Positions 24,347 to 36,803 of a DNA stretch of 64,000 nt are shown here, piece after piece. The notes beneath the pieces are model-generated. The model was given only the letters and a program-made list of their open reading frames with translations. It had not been told where the DNA came from and made no database searches. The stretch is taken from positions 31,372,001 to 31,436,000 of the forward strand of contig CM022670.1 in NCBI GenBank assembly GCA_012295275.1, written 5' to 3'. The position numbers were made by a program, and so were the translations under genes. Numbering within the stretch: the stretch's first letter is position 1; the number at the start of each line of letters is the position of its first letter. Origin of the DNA: Chrysomallon squamiferum (Eukaryota; Animalia; Mollusca).

Positions 24347-24909
24347 CACCATCATTTAAGAAAATAAATAATAAAACAGAATACCAAATCAATTTATTAC
24401 TATTTATTTATTTATTTATTTTTGTTCTTATTTCTACATGTAATTATACTTGAATTATTAATATTTGTTTGTTTTGTTTAAAATTTGGTTGTGTGACATA
24501 CGTGGTGAACGGTAGTGTATAGGTTATGAGGTTCAAAACTCCATTCTAACATCTTACGGAAACCTGTGTAATTTAATATTTGACTGAGTAAACGAAACCA
24601 ACATCTTTCCAATATTAAATTTCGTCAAAGTAAAAAAAAAATTATTTTAATTATTATTATTAATTGTTGTTTTATTTTCTGTGCTATTTCATTAATATGA
24701 TGTATCTATATTTTGTTGTTGTTTTGTTTTTGTTGTTTAAGGGTGTGTTTTTTTTTTTTTGAGGCTTTTGTTTTTTGTTGGGTTTTTTATTGTTGTTTTG
24801 TTTTCTTATTTGTTTGGGATTTTGGGGGGTTTTGTGGGGTTTTTTTTCTTTTTTTTTTTGGGGGGGTAGGTATTTTATTTATTATTATTATAATTATTGT
24901 ATATATGGA

Positions 24910-24956
<47 letters not shown>

Positions 24957-25124
24957 CAGATCACATTTGGGTTATTAGATAACAGTTGTTCACAGAGCAG
25001 TTATATATATAACGAATATAAAATAACTTTAAAAACGGACATAAAATATTTATTATATATATACATTATCATTTTTGTATATAGCGCAAACAATATGAAG
25101 TGGATGAGTAAAAACACACAGGGG

Positions 25125-25128
<4 letters not shown>

Positions 25129-25190
<62 letters not shown>
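25129..25190. repeat. (ATT)n microsatellite
   Basis: Seen directly. Confidence 0.95.
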
Positions 25191-25192
<2 letters not shown>

Positions 25193-25902
25193 AAATATAA
25201 CAAACATTTTTCGATCGCTGGTGTGAATTTTATTTAATTAAACTTTGATTAAAGTAAAGCTCAATGTATTTTAATTGCATTTTGTACCACAAACAAACCA
25301 AAATGCTACGTTAATCAGAACAGAAGGAAGTATTTATACCGGACATTTTATACATATTAAATGTTTTTTTAATCCTGATTACTTATAAATGTGCATTAAT
25401 ATCAATTTACTAGTGACAAGCGTATTTTATACAGCTAATATAAGAATTTTATGTGAATTAAGACTAAACAAACCTTCCTTTAGTAACGTATTAACTTGTA
25501 TCTGTTAAATTTCTTTCTTTCTTTCTTCTTCATTATTTATTTTACTTTTTCATTAAAGATTCAGCCTTTATCTAGAAGTACGGTCCCCAAGTTTGCCGGA
25601 TAAACAGTTCCGTGTCTGTATTAAATACATTAAACTTCCTTTGTATAAGAAACTGGGATTTAAATATATCCATAACAGTTTATTACTTGAAAGGTTTTAA
25701 AAATATTTACAATATTAATTTGATCTTGGGTTGGGACATAATTAGATTATGTTAATCCGGACTTGCCAAACAGAAATAACCAATATGTCATAGAAGGATA
25801 TAAAGGGAATGAACTCTATTTGAAATTAGAACCGGAACTATATAGCCACACGTTTGTGTTTGCATGGTCACATGATTTGCATTGCATTAACTATTGCATG
25901 TT

Positions 25903-26184
25903 ATGATAGTGTGTTCTCTTCTTTTGAAAAGAAAGCCATTACATTTTGCCAGTAGGACTGTTCGTTTAATCTGTCTGCTTAAGCCAACACACACAGTTTT
26001 ACCTCCTTTTCAAACATTACTGTTAACCAGAAATATGTCCGTCAGCGGCAATTTGTTATGTTGGAAAATCACGCCTGTTGAAATTGAAAACCAAGCTAAA
26101 GAACTGATAGATAAGATGAAAAGGATATATGATGATGTTGGCCGCTTAAAACCAGATGAGGTTTCCTACGACAAAGTCGTAAAG
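25903..26184 (+). CDS. THOP1: THOP1 exon 1 (ATGs at 25903 and 26035)
   Basis: Open frame to AAG|gtttg, phase 0. Confidence 0.8.
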
Positions 26185-29100
26185 GTTTGCAAATAAAATG
26201 TATTACCATTACCAAATTAATATAGATGTAGCTTAGTCACAATGTTTAGTGCGTGGTACAAAATCAGTGGTCACAAGTTTATTGAGTCACGTGATCGCCT
26301 GTTATTTAACAGCGCTAATGGGCTATTCCCGTTCCAGCCAGTTTTACACCTATTGCTTATCAAAGGCCGTGGTATGTGTCTTCTTGACAGAGAAAGATGC
26401 ATATAACAGTGGAATGACAGCAACATTTATTTCATGTTACATAAATTATAAATAAGTAATTAAAAATCCCATCTATATCAGTTAAAAAATAAATATTAAT
26501 TGTAAGCCAAATTATGATTAAGATAAACGTTATTTATGGTTGTAAATTTTATTTTGGATAATTGTATAACAGCATTCTTTATTAAAACAAAATTAATACA
26601 ATTTAAACAGCTAGTTATTTTAAAGGTTCTTTTCTGGCATAAAATGCAAGAATTAAATGAGAACATTAACAGAAAACAAGGTGAAATAAGAATCCTATTC
26701 TAATAAAATGAAAATTTAATATATATCTCTCTTGCTAACAGATGTTGGCTGATGCTGACTGTTTCTATGCTGTGAAGAGGAACAATCTAGATTTCCTGCA
26801 GCATGTTTCTGAAGATAAAGATGTGCGGGATGCCAGTGTTAAAGCAGATAAAAAGCTTTCAGAGCATGATGTTGAAATGAGGTTTGTTGATAGTTACCCA
26901 GAAATTGACACGTTTCTGACAGTGCTTCAAAAAAAGAAAATAAATCAGTAATGTTATTACATAAATTTAAGAAACGTCCTGTTTTGATTTTCGTGTGAAT
27001 ACTATTTTCTGACAATTTGAAGTAGCACTCTTATACATAATAGTGTTATATTTGATTTTCACTTCATTAATGAAAATAAAAAAATATTTGATTATGCATG
27101 TGACAGTAAATTAATTTCTCTCATTTATATATTCATACAGCTAAAATAAAAAAGATCATAGGGACATCACCAGTTAGTGCTGCAAAATATAAATTTAAAT
27201 ATTCTGTAAAAAAAATTAATAGACAGTTGATATATCTGTATCTATAAAATAGAGGACTTCATTTTGCACTATACTTTAAAAAAAAAAACTTTTTAAATTT
27301 ATTTCTTCAGAAAGTAGATAATTCATTTTATTATGAAGATTTTATATTATAATATTATTCAACATAATTTGTATCTCAGAGATGGCCAACAATATTTAAT
27401 ATATATTTTTATTAAATTCCAACATAAAATGTTTGCAGCATGCGTCAGGATGTGTTTGACTCTGTTTTGGCCTTCAAGAAGAGAAATAAAGATGAATTGT
27501 CAGCTGAGGCAAAACGATATGTAGATAGGTTAATTAAACTTGGAAAAAGAAATGGTACATATTTTTATCTTTTCACGAGTTTCAAACATTAATCTCTGAA
27601 TACATTTTCATTGCATAATAAGCCATAATTAATCCAGAATGTTACAAATCTGAAATCAGAATCATCTCTGAAAAAAAAACAAATGACTATTGCTAATTGT
27701 TAGATTTCCACTTAATGGTAATTCTGTGATAGATATAAAAATTAGTTAGTTTTATACAAGAATGCTTTTGTTACAGATTATTGGCAGTAATGTAACTCTA
27801 ATATTTGGTTTATTATGTAATTTAATACACTCATTTAATTTTTATTATTTTTAAATTATTCTAGTTATTTTGGTTTTGTAATTTTACTTTATCATTATTA
27901 TTATTAAAATTAATTTTTCAGTTTGTTTTTAATTTTCATGTTTACAGGTCTCCATCTGCCCAAAGATGTACAGGATCAAATAAAGGAGATAAAGAAAAGA
28001 TTGAGTGATTTGTCAATAGACTTCAGTACACATCTCAACAATGAAAACACAATGTTAGAGTTTACAAAAGAAGAATTAAGTATGATTACAAGTATTTCAT
28101 AAATATGTGGAACATAAACATTGTAGATAAGCACACATGTATGCATTCATTCAGTGATGTATATATACATACATTCATGCACACACACACTCATGCATAA
28201 AATATATGAGCATATTTAAAGCATTTAATTTTGTTGTTATAAAATAATGGATAAATGTCAACATAACAAATGTTTGCTAAGCAAATAAGCATTGTGATAA
28301 AACAAATTATTTTTTTTTCAAAATCAAATATGTGATTTTATTTTTTTCTGTTTTTAGTTGGTTTACCAGAAGATTTTATTAAAACATTAGAAAAGGTAAG
28401 AACTCATTTTATTTTGTTGCAAAAAAGTAATGGCCATTACTAAGTTCTAATTTCACAAGATGTAATAAGTAAATGTATATATTTATATATGTAAATTTAT
28501 TTATCAATTTGGTGTATTATTTTCTTCATTCTTAAGCAATGCTGTTAGAATTAATGTAAAAGAGAATATCAGAACAAATTATAATATATATATATATATT
28601 TGATTTTTTTTCAAACTGAAAATTTTAATAAATAATTATTAAATTTTATTTTTTTCATTTTTAGGTAGAACCTTCAGGAAAATTAAAAGTGACATTAAAA
28701 TATCCACATTACTTTCCCTGTATGAAAAAATGCAAAAATCCAGAAACTAGAAAGAAAATGGAAATAGCATTTAATTCCAGGTAAAATGAACAGCATTTAA
28801 TTTTAGTTAAAACATTGAATAAGTGTTTATTATTTTGTCTTTTGGTTATATTTATTTATTTCATTATTATACAATGTTAGTGATCTTAAGCATACCAGAC
28901 TAGTACAAATACTTCAGTGACAGTTAGCATACCTTTTTCATAAATAATATTTGACAATTCTAATGATATTAATAATATGTGCAGTAATTATGTTCTTGTA
29001 AAACCTAATTTAGGTTTACCTAAGTAATTTAATATTTTTATTTATCACAGTTTGTGATATACATTGTGTGCAATGTTGTAATTAAAAAACTAATATTATT

Positions 29101-32100
29101 TCTCTTTCTAGATGTATAAAAGAAAACACCCCAATCTTAGAAGAGCTTGTAAAGCTACGACACAAGGTAAATGAATCACCATTAAACTTAAATTTTACGG
29201 TCAAATTAAAGCATTCAATTACAATACCTACCTATATGTGAAAAACATTTAAATGTAAATCTACATATATCCCTTTTATTATCATTTTTTAAAGCTGTTA
29301 TGGACAAAATAATATACAGTAACTTGGCTAATTATTCATAGCACCATAACATTGTATAATAATGAAATTAACACTTTGATAACTGAACTGCATAAATTAT
29401 GGTTTAGCTACCTTGTTTAGAGAGTTCTTTTGATGTGGTTCTCAGTAACTAGATGAGTGATTTATAACTGTCTTCATTTCAGAAAGCTCAGTTGCTTGGA
29501 TTTCCTACTCATGCAGCTTTTATACTAGACATGAGGATGGCAAAGACTCCAGAAGCTGTCAAGTCATTTGAAGAGGTTCTTGCCAAAAAACTGCAACCTC
29601 TAAAAGAAGCTGAGATGAAATTGTTCCTAGAGTACAAACAAGAAGAGGTTTGTATGCAGTGAAGACTTAAGCTTATTACAATTCAAAATCAACAAGTTAA
29701 TTAAATAGATTATTCCTTTTAAAAAATTATTTTCTTTTTTTGTTTGTTTAATCAAAACATAAGGAATTGAATTTTGAAAGCATTATTTTAGTGCTTAAAT
29801 ATTTATTATTTTGAGTTAAAAGTATGCAGTATAAAATAATGTTTTGAAGATTTTCATCCTATGGAATTTATTCTTTTTTATTTTATTCGAAAATATTTTT
29901 TACATGCTAATAGTGAACTATGCTGAAATAAATGATGAATTCTTCTTTGTTATTTTCCAGTGTAAGACATACAATTTTACATTTGACCACAAGATAAATT
30001 ACTGGGACTACCGCTACTACATGACAATGACAGAAGAAAGACAGTATGCAGTGGATCATGATAAACTGAAGGAATATTTTCCTATGGAAATTGTAACAAA
30101 AGGATTACTTGATATTTATCAGGTATTAAAAAATATTAATTTCAAGCATTATTCAAGTTATGAGGGAGATAGTTTCTATGGTTCTTTTCCTTCATTTATT
30201 TGTGTTACCATATTTCTCATGCAGTAGGTGTCACTAAAAGCTTACTTGATATTTATTTAAAATTAATGATTTTCAACACCGAAAAGTTTTGATAAAGAAA
30301 ATAATTTTAACACTAGTTCAGAACTGTTTTATTTTATATGTTGGTTTTAATTCAATTTACCAATAGAAGGTTGTCACAAAAATGATTGCTTGATATTTAT
30401 TAGGTAGGAAAACAAATGATTTTCAACACAGAAAAGAGCTGTCAAGGGAAATAACTAACACCAATTCATAACCTTCAGTTTTTTCTTTTATTCTCTGCTT
30501 ACATTTATTCAATTCTTAATTTCTTATTTCTTCAATGTTAATTATGAATTTATTTTTTACAGATTTTAGTTTAAGAAATGTAATATTAGTTGTAATTCAA
30601 TCATTTTTATTTTATATATTTTCAAGTATATTTTTTAACTGGTATCTTAAAAGGAGAATATAACTTTTCACTCTGCATATTTGTTTTTATATATCAGACA
30701 CCCAGTTTTTATTACTTTTAAATCATCCTAATTTTCATTTATATTTTAGTAAAATTTTCAGTAAGACCATTTATGAAATTTTATTTTTTCTTCAAGGAAC
30801 TCCTTAGTTTGAAGTTTACTGAAATCAAAGGAGTAGAAACTTGGCAGACTGATGTCACTATGGTAAAATTATATTTATTTGTTTATTTATATATTTAGTT
30901 AGTTACTTAACTTTAAAAAGCGAATAAACTTAATCATACTAAGTTTAAAAGTGTCTTTAAAATAGTCTATTTCTTACCACTAAAACTGGAAGGTTTACAA
31001 GACTAACGTTATTAATGTCATTGTTAGTTGTTTATTCTGAAAAATATCCATATTATAATCATCTTGCAGTAATCTGTGCAAAACAATCAATCAATTTGTT
31101 TGTTTAAATTCAAGTACATTTTAATTATATCCGTTTATAATTACTTTTTAAATTTATTTATGGATTATATTTTATTATTATTATTATTTTTTTTTTTTAT
31201 TATATTCATTTGTAATTAACTTTATTTGTTTGGTTTTGGGGTTTTTTTTCTTATTTTTCTTTTTTTCCTTTTTTTTTTTTGCAGTACAGTGTGACTGATG
31301 CCAAGACCAGTGAACTTCTTGGATATTTCTATCTTGATCTGTACCCCAGAGAAGGCAAATATGGCCATGCAGCATGCTTTGGTCTTCAGGTTAAAAATAA
31401 TTTTTTTCTTATTTAAAAAATTTATTTTAAAATAAAAGACGGAGAACACAGTGTATTCTGTATCACATATGATAACAGAATGATTTTAAAATTTGTAAAA
31501 ATACATTTGTTGGTTTTTTCAAACTTTGAATAATATTAAATATTAATCAATATTTCAGTAAAATTTGCTAGGTAGATACAATGTTATTAATGTGATTGTA
31601 TTTATTTTCATTATTTATTTATTTTGAATTTATTTATTTTTTATTTTGTTTAGCCTGGCTGTTTGTTACCAGATGGGACAAGACAGGTGGCTGTGGCAGC
31701 AATGGTTGCTAACTTCACAAAGCCAACAGCTGATCAACCTTCTCTCCTCACACATGACGAGGTCAGTACTTCTCTGAAAATTACTCACTTTGTAAAAACT
31801 ATAACATCCATGTGATTGTCAGTTTGAATATCTGATAGAAACATTAAATGAATAGAAGAAGAAACAAACATATATAATTTGTTTGTTTTTTGTGTTTGAT
31901 TCCAAATATAATTTGCAGGGAACTTTTAAGTGGTTTTTTTTATTATATATATTTTAAAAAAATAAAAAAATAAATATAATAAAAATAAACATTATATATG
32001 TATATAAAGTTTATTTTAATTTAATTTTAATTCTAGTTTAATTTAATTCAATTTACTTTTTATATTTTATTTATTTATTTATTTATAAATTGTCTTAATA

Positions 32101-33967
32101 ATCAAATATAGTTGCTTCATGAAGACAGACAGATATAACATAATTGTTAACATTTTAACTCAGGCTTAAATTCAGCATAGAAATGTAAAGCAATATTAAT
32201 TATTAAACACTGTTTACATTTGTTAACAGGTAGAGACATATTTTCATGAATTTGGTCATGTCATGCATCAAATTTGTGCCAAAGCTGATTTTGCACTTTT
32301 CAGGTAGGAATTTAAATTCAAAGTGCTTTCATAATTGCAAAGATCTGGTATTAATTTAATTTTATCTCCAGAATAACCATAAAGTGATGCAGATATTTTA
32401 TCTAAGTCTTAAACCTTCCAGACTTAGCTCCCTTTGATTAAATAAAATGTCTTATTTTTAATCTGTATTTTAAATAAATAAAAGTAGAGCAGGTATATAT
32501 TTTAGTATGTTATTAGAATACTTAAGTAAATTGGTATTTCTTAATAATGGGTTTATAAGTATAAAATACCAGGGTTTTTTTCTTAGTGGAACTAACGTAG
32601 AACGTGATTTTGTGGAAGCTCCCAGTCAGATGCTGGAGAACTGGGTGTGGGAGAGAGAGCCCCTCCACAGAATGTCCTCACACTACAAAGATGGCAGTGC
32701 CATTCCTGAACAGCTCTTAGACAAACTGACCAAAAGTCGAATAGCCAACGCTGGACTTTTCAATCTACGTCAAATACTGCTTGGTACTTTCGATCAAACC
32801 ATTCATATTAGTGAAAAGGTAACTTCTAAAACTTTAATGGACATCAGTTATATTTATTGCTATGTTACATACAATTTGATATCAAAATACTTAATGTATT
32901 CATATATATATCTGTATGTGTATACATGTATATATGTGTACACATATAGTGATAATTTTGATATTTACAATAATTATATATAACAAAATTAAGTTTCTGT
33001 TTATCAACATTGCTACTGAATAGTTACTATGATTCTCTTTCTTCACCTATATACAATTAAATATTTTTCTCTCTTTTGATTATTCATGATAGTGATATTC
33101 AGAAGTTTTTGTTTTCTGTTTTATTTTGTTACACAGGTTGACACTGCAGCAGTTTTAGCTAAACTGTCAAAAGAAATTCTTGGAATTCCTTGTACTGAAG
33201 GAACCAACATGGCAGCTTCGTTTGGTCATTTGGCTGGAGGCTATGATGCCCAGTATTATGGTTATCTGGTATGACATTAAGTTTTATTTTCAGTTTGGAC
33301 ACATCAGTGATATACTATTACAAATACACACACAAACAAATACAGATGTTGTTTTTTCTTTGTTTTTTTCTCTCTTTTTTCATATATATTAATGATGTTG
33401 TTGTTGTTGGGTTTTTTGTTGTTTTTTAATAAATACACATGGAAAATTGACTCCAAAACTTATGGGATTATTTAATTCAGTTTGTAAAGCTGTTTTTTTC
33501 ACATTCATAAAACATTTGTGGGATGATTATGAGCAGGGTTTTTTTAATAATATTTGCATTTGATGTATGAAGATATTTAAAATTCTTCATATGAATTGAT
33601 ATTTCAGTAACACAAACTGTGCAGGCAGTTTGTGTTATTGAAATATAAATTTGTTTTCACTGTCATTCAAGTTTAAGCTATAGCAGTCAACAGTGTTTTG
33701 AGCATTACTTTATGGACCTTTTTTTTCAGTGGAGTGAAGTGTTTTGCATGGATATGTTTTACTCGAGATTCAAGAAGGAAGGTATTATGAATGAATCAGT
33801 TGGAGCAGACTACCGCAAGTATATTTTACAACCTGGTGGTTCTCTGGTAAGTTCTGGTCAAACTTTATTTATTTAGTTAGTTTTAACTAACTGTTAGTTG
33901 TTTAGATTAGTTTTGTTTTATATTTTATATAACAGTACTTTGTGTTACAAATTTGAAATATATTATT

Positions 33968-34004
<37 letters not shown>

Positions 34005-34375
34005 TTTGTTTGTTTGTTTGTTTGTTTGTTTGTTTTATAATGTTATTGTAGACAATATTTTTATTTGAAGGCTTAATCCCAAATATTGAGTGCTTTAAAA
34101 GTTCTATCATTGAGACTGCCAAATTATTAACAATCCTTTATACTTATACCTAATGTAATAGATGTCAGAACTATTGTTACAGAATTGTTTTAAAAGATAA
34201 AAAATTAACAAACTGAAAAAGCTTTTAATTTTTAAACCACATTTAGTGTATTTTATTATTTTTTAAATAATTTTGTCTTGTATGTTTTCAGGATGGGGAT
34301 GTTATGTTGAGGAATTTTCTTGGCCGAGATCCACAGCAAGATGCTTTCTTGGCCAGCAAGGGTTTAAAAGCATGA
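25903..34375 (+). CDS. THOP1: Thimet oligopeptidase / neurolysin-like M3A zinc metallopeptidase, complete gene model (17 exons, 707 aa from ATG1, 663 aa from ATG2)
   Basis: Exons: 25903-26184, 26742-26881, 27439-27554, 27948-28079, 28358-28395, 28665-28780, 29112-29166, 29483-29647, 29961-30122, 30797-30862, 31285-31389, 31654-31761, 32230-32303, 32587-32818, 33137-33268, 33730-33846, 34292-34375. Motifs [74 protein letters not shown]. Confidence 0.93.
26225..26400 (+). mobile_element. Degraded SINE fragment (head plus conserved central domain, MetaSINE-like)
   Basis: gggctattcccgttccagccag...atcaaaggccgtggtatgtg resembles, from memory, the conserved core of metazoan tRNA-derived SINEs; not verified by search. 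Confidence 0.5.
26742..26881 (+). CDS. THOP1: THOP1 exon 2
   Basis: [15 protein letters not shown]...DVEMS. Confidence 0.9.
27439..27554 (+). CDS. THOP1: THOP1 exon 3
   Basis: MRQDVF...LGKRNG. Confidence 0.9.
27948..28079 (+). CDS. THOP1: THOP1 exon 4
   Basis: GLHLPKD...FTKEEL. Confidence 0.9.
28358..28395 (+). CDS. THOP1: THOP1 exon 5 (38 nt)
   Basis: [12 protein letters not shown]. Confidence 0.88.
28665..28780 (+). CDS. THOP1: THOP1 exon 6
   Basis: [11 protein letters not shown]...AFNSR. Confidence 0.9.
29112..29166 (+). CDS. THOP1: THOP1 exon 7
   Basis: [18 protein letters not shown]. Confidence 0.9.
29483..29647 (+). CDS. THOP1: THOP1 exon 8
   Basis: [10 protein letters not shown]...MRMAK. 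Confidence 0.9.
29961..30122 (+). CDS. THOP1: THOP1 exon 9
   Basis: [10 protein letters not shown]...LKEYFP...GLLDIYQ. Confidence 0.9.
30078..30470 (+). repeat. Degenerate triplication (~140 bp) of the THOP1 exon 9 3' end and donor
   Basis: The motif t(a/g)cttgatatttat plus flanks recurs at ~30107, ~30243 and ~30386. Confidence 0.7.
30797..30862 (+). CDS. THOP1: THOP1 exon 10
   Basis: ELLSLKF...WQTDVTM. Confidence 0.88.
31285..31389 (+). CDS. THOP1: THOP1 exon 11
   Basis: [21 protein letters not shown]. Confidence 0.92.
31654..31761 (+). CDS. THOP1: THOP1 exon 12
   Basis: PGCLLPDG...[10 protein letters not shown]...PSLLTHDE. Confidence 0.92.
32230..32303 (+). CDS. THOP1: THOP1 exon 13 (HEXXH active site)
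   Basis: [16 protein letters not shown]; HEFGH at 32245-32259. Confidence 0.93.
32587..32818 (+). CDS. THOP1: THOP1 exon 14
   Basis: [23 protein letters not shown]. Confidence 0.93.
33137..33268 (+). CDS. THOP1: THOP1 exon 15
   Basis: [23 protein letters not shown]. Confidence 0.93.
33730..33846 (+). CDS. THOP1: THOP1 exon 16
   Basis: [10 protein letters not shown]...ILQPGGSL. Confidence 0.92.
33973..34035. repeat. (GT)n(GTTT)n microsatellite
   Basis: Seen directly. Confidence 0.95.
34292..34375 (+). CDS. THOP1: THOP1 exon 17 (terminal)
   Basis: [23 protein letters not shown]. Confidence 0.92.
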   Translation, partial: DGDVMLRNFLGRDPQQDAFLASKGLKA

Positions 34376-36741
34376 CTCCACAAAAAAGTATAGATACTTC
34401 AGCAGCAATTTTCTTCAGTGTTGTTTTTTTCATTGTATGTAACATATACTTGTCAAGATTTTAATATTCCTAGTCACCAAAGATCTAAAGCCAAGAACTT
34501 CAGCAAAAATGTAGATTATTAGCCAACAGTAGTAGTCAGTGTTGTCCTGAAGTTTATTTTCATCTTATATCAATAAGATATTTATCCAGCAAAAGCCTAA
34601 AATATAAAATGCAACAAAACTATGAATAAATAGTAATTGAACTCTATATTGTTCTTGTGGTGTTTATATATATTTTTTTTTTTCAATGATTTTATTAATT
34701 TATTTATTTAAACCTAACAAATTATTAAAACACAGACTGCAGCAGAACTGTAAATAAATACACATCACTGCTGTGTGTTTTTGATAAAATGTAGCAAGAC
34801 GTATTTCCTCATCTGTAAAAATCATGTTTATATTTTTGGTGGTGATTTATTTTATATCGATTTATATGGATTTAAAAGCTGAGAATAAAATCAAGGTATA
34901 TTTTGTAATGTTCTGTGTTGTTAGTCAATTTTAAATAAAAAATAAATATGCTGTACATTGATGTTGATTATTTTTTACCTAACGAGATTATGAAAGATAG
35001 TGTTTTCTTGAATACATCTGTGCAATACAGCAATATTAATTAAATTTCAAAAGATTATTAAAATTGAATAAATAATCAGGGAAGTTAACCTTATTCATTT
35101 TATAATCATATTTAATGTGTTTTTTGTTTTTTCTAGTAAATATGTTAGTGGTACAGACAGTTCTGAATTAAAGATCTCAACAACAATAATGATTGAAATT
35201 ATGAAGTGATAGGACTTACAAAAAGCTTGAATTTATTTTCAGTGTTATTGTAAAGAGATAATGTAATTACACTGATAATATAGAACAAAATACTTTTTTA
35301 TGTTTTTATGTGGTTTTTGTAATTAAAACGTATGGATTCAAATTCTGTAAAAGTGCCTGTCTTCTTGATCAGACTAGATTACTACAATGCATAGCATAAT
35401 ACAGTATACATAGTCTATAAAATAATAAAACTTTTACATAATCATGCAAATTAGTAAAATATTACTTATAATTTTACAGTGAAAGGGATTTATGTAACTG
35501 AAAGCAATTAAAATAATAAATAGGTTAATGCATGATTTTGGAGGTTTTTAAAAAAAATGAAAGTAATCTCTTAAGAAAAGTGAAAATATTACCATTTAGT
35601 AAGTACACATTGTTGTAAAGTCACTTAATAAATCAAATGTCTGGATACATTTTTGTTTTGTCCAGTCATTAAGGTTATGCTAACCTATTCTATTTAGATA
35701 TATCAATTAAAATATTTAAAAACTTTTATTTGAATGCAAGAAAAATAAATAATTACTTATAAATATATACTATAGATTCAAAAAATAATTATTATTCTGG
35801 ATCTGTGTAATGCTAATGAATTTTAATCTATATTTCAATGTAATTCACTGTTAATGTGATTTTAAAGTGAATTTAAAATGGTGGTTTCTTGTTTGTAACA
35901 ATATTTGAATCTATGTTTATGCAATAAGAAAAAATAATATATATATATATATATATATTTATGATGGCTTTTTTGGGGGGGGGTTCTGTTTGTCGTAAAG
36001 GAAAAGAGAATATGAGTAAACATATAAAAAATAGCGAATCTGGTTAATTATGCGACACTCTAACTATGGGGCAAAGGAGTTTCTGTTATCTAGGTGTAGT
36101 GTACTTAAATCTTTCATCACTAGCTTCATCTTACTTTGAAATTAGTTTGTGAATAATTCAACCTGCGGAGGGGGGGGCGGAGAGAAACGTGAAAATGGTA
36201 CATGAATACATTAATGTTTGTTTGCTTACTATTTCAGATGGAAGTACTTTGTGCGTTTTTTGTTTGACTTCGATTATTTTTTTAGAAAAGCGATCGAAAT
36301 TCTATAGGAGAGGCTGTTTATAAGAGGTCCCGGTGTTGACTTGGGAAGGCGACTTTATGAATATACCAAATTTAAATATCGTGATCAGAATACGACGCGA
36401 CAGTTTTATATCGATCTAAGTAGTTTTCTTGACAACACTTCATTGAGAGTTGACTTACATTCCAATGAATTGGTGCGGGCATAAACTGAACATCTTTTAT
36501 GTAAACAGCACTTAAAGATTTAATGTTCTTTTCTTCACCCTGTTAATCCATGCTAGCGTTATTGTCCTTTGGTAACAACGTTAGAAAAATGTCTTTGGGA
36601 GCTCGTGTTAATGAATACATTCAAGGGAAAAAAACCAGAAAACGTGTTTACTTAAGAAAATATGCCCCAAAAAGGTGAAGGAAAAGTTATTTTTCAGATT
36701 GTTTTTTCTTCTTTTTTTTCTGCCCTTATTCTCTATTATTG

Positions 36742-36744
<3 letters not shown>

Positions 36745-36800
<56 letters not shown>
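36745..36800. repeat. (ATT)n microsatellite
   Basis: Seen directly. Confidence 0.95.

Positions 36801-36803
<3 letters not shown>

Noticed and set aside
24498-24548. tRNA-like A/B boxes (gtggtgaacggtag...ggttcaaaac)
   Set aside because: No cloverleaf can be formed; at most a decayed SINE head.
34355-34375. Peroxisomal targeting signal on THOP1
   Set aside because: The C-terminus is -LKA, which does not match PTS1 (S/A/C-K/R/H-L/M).
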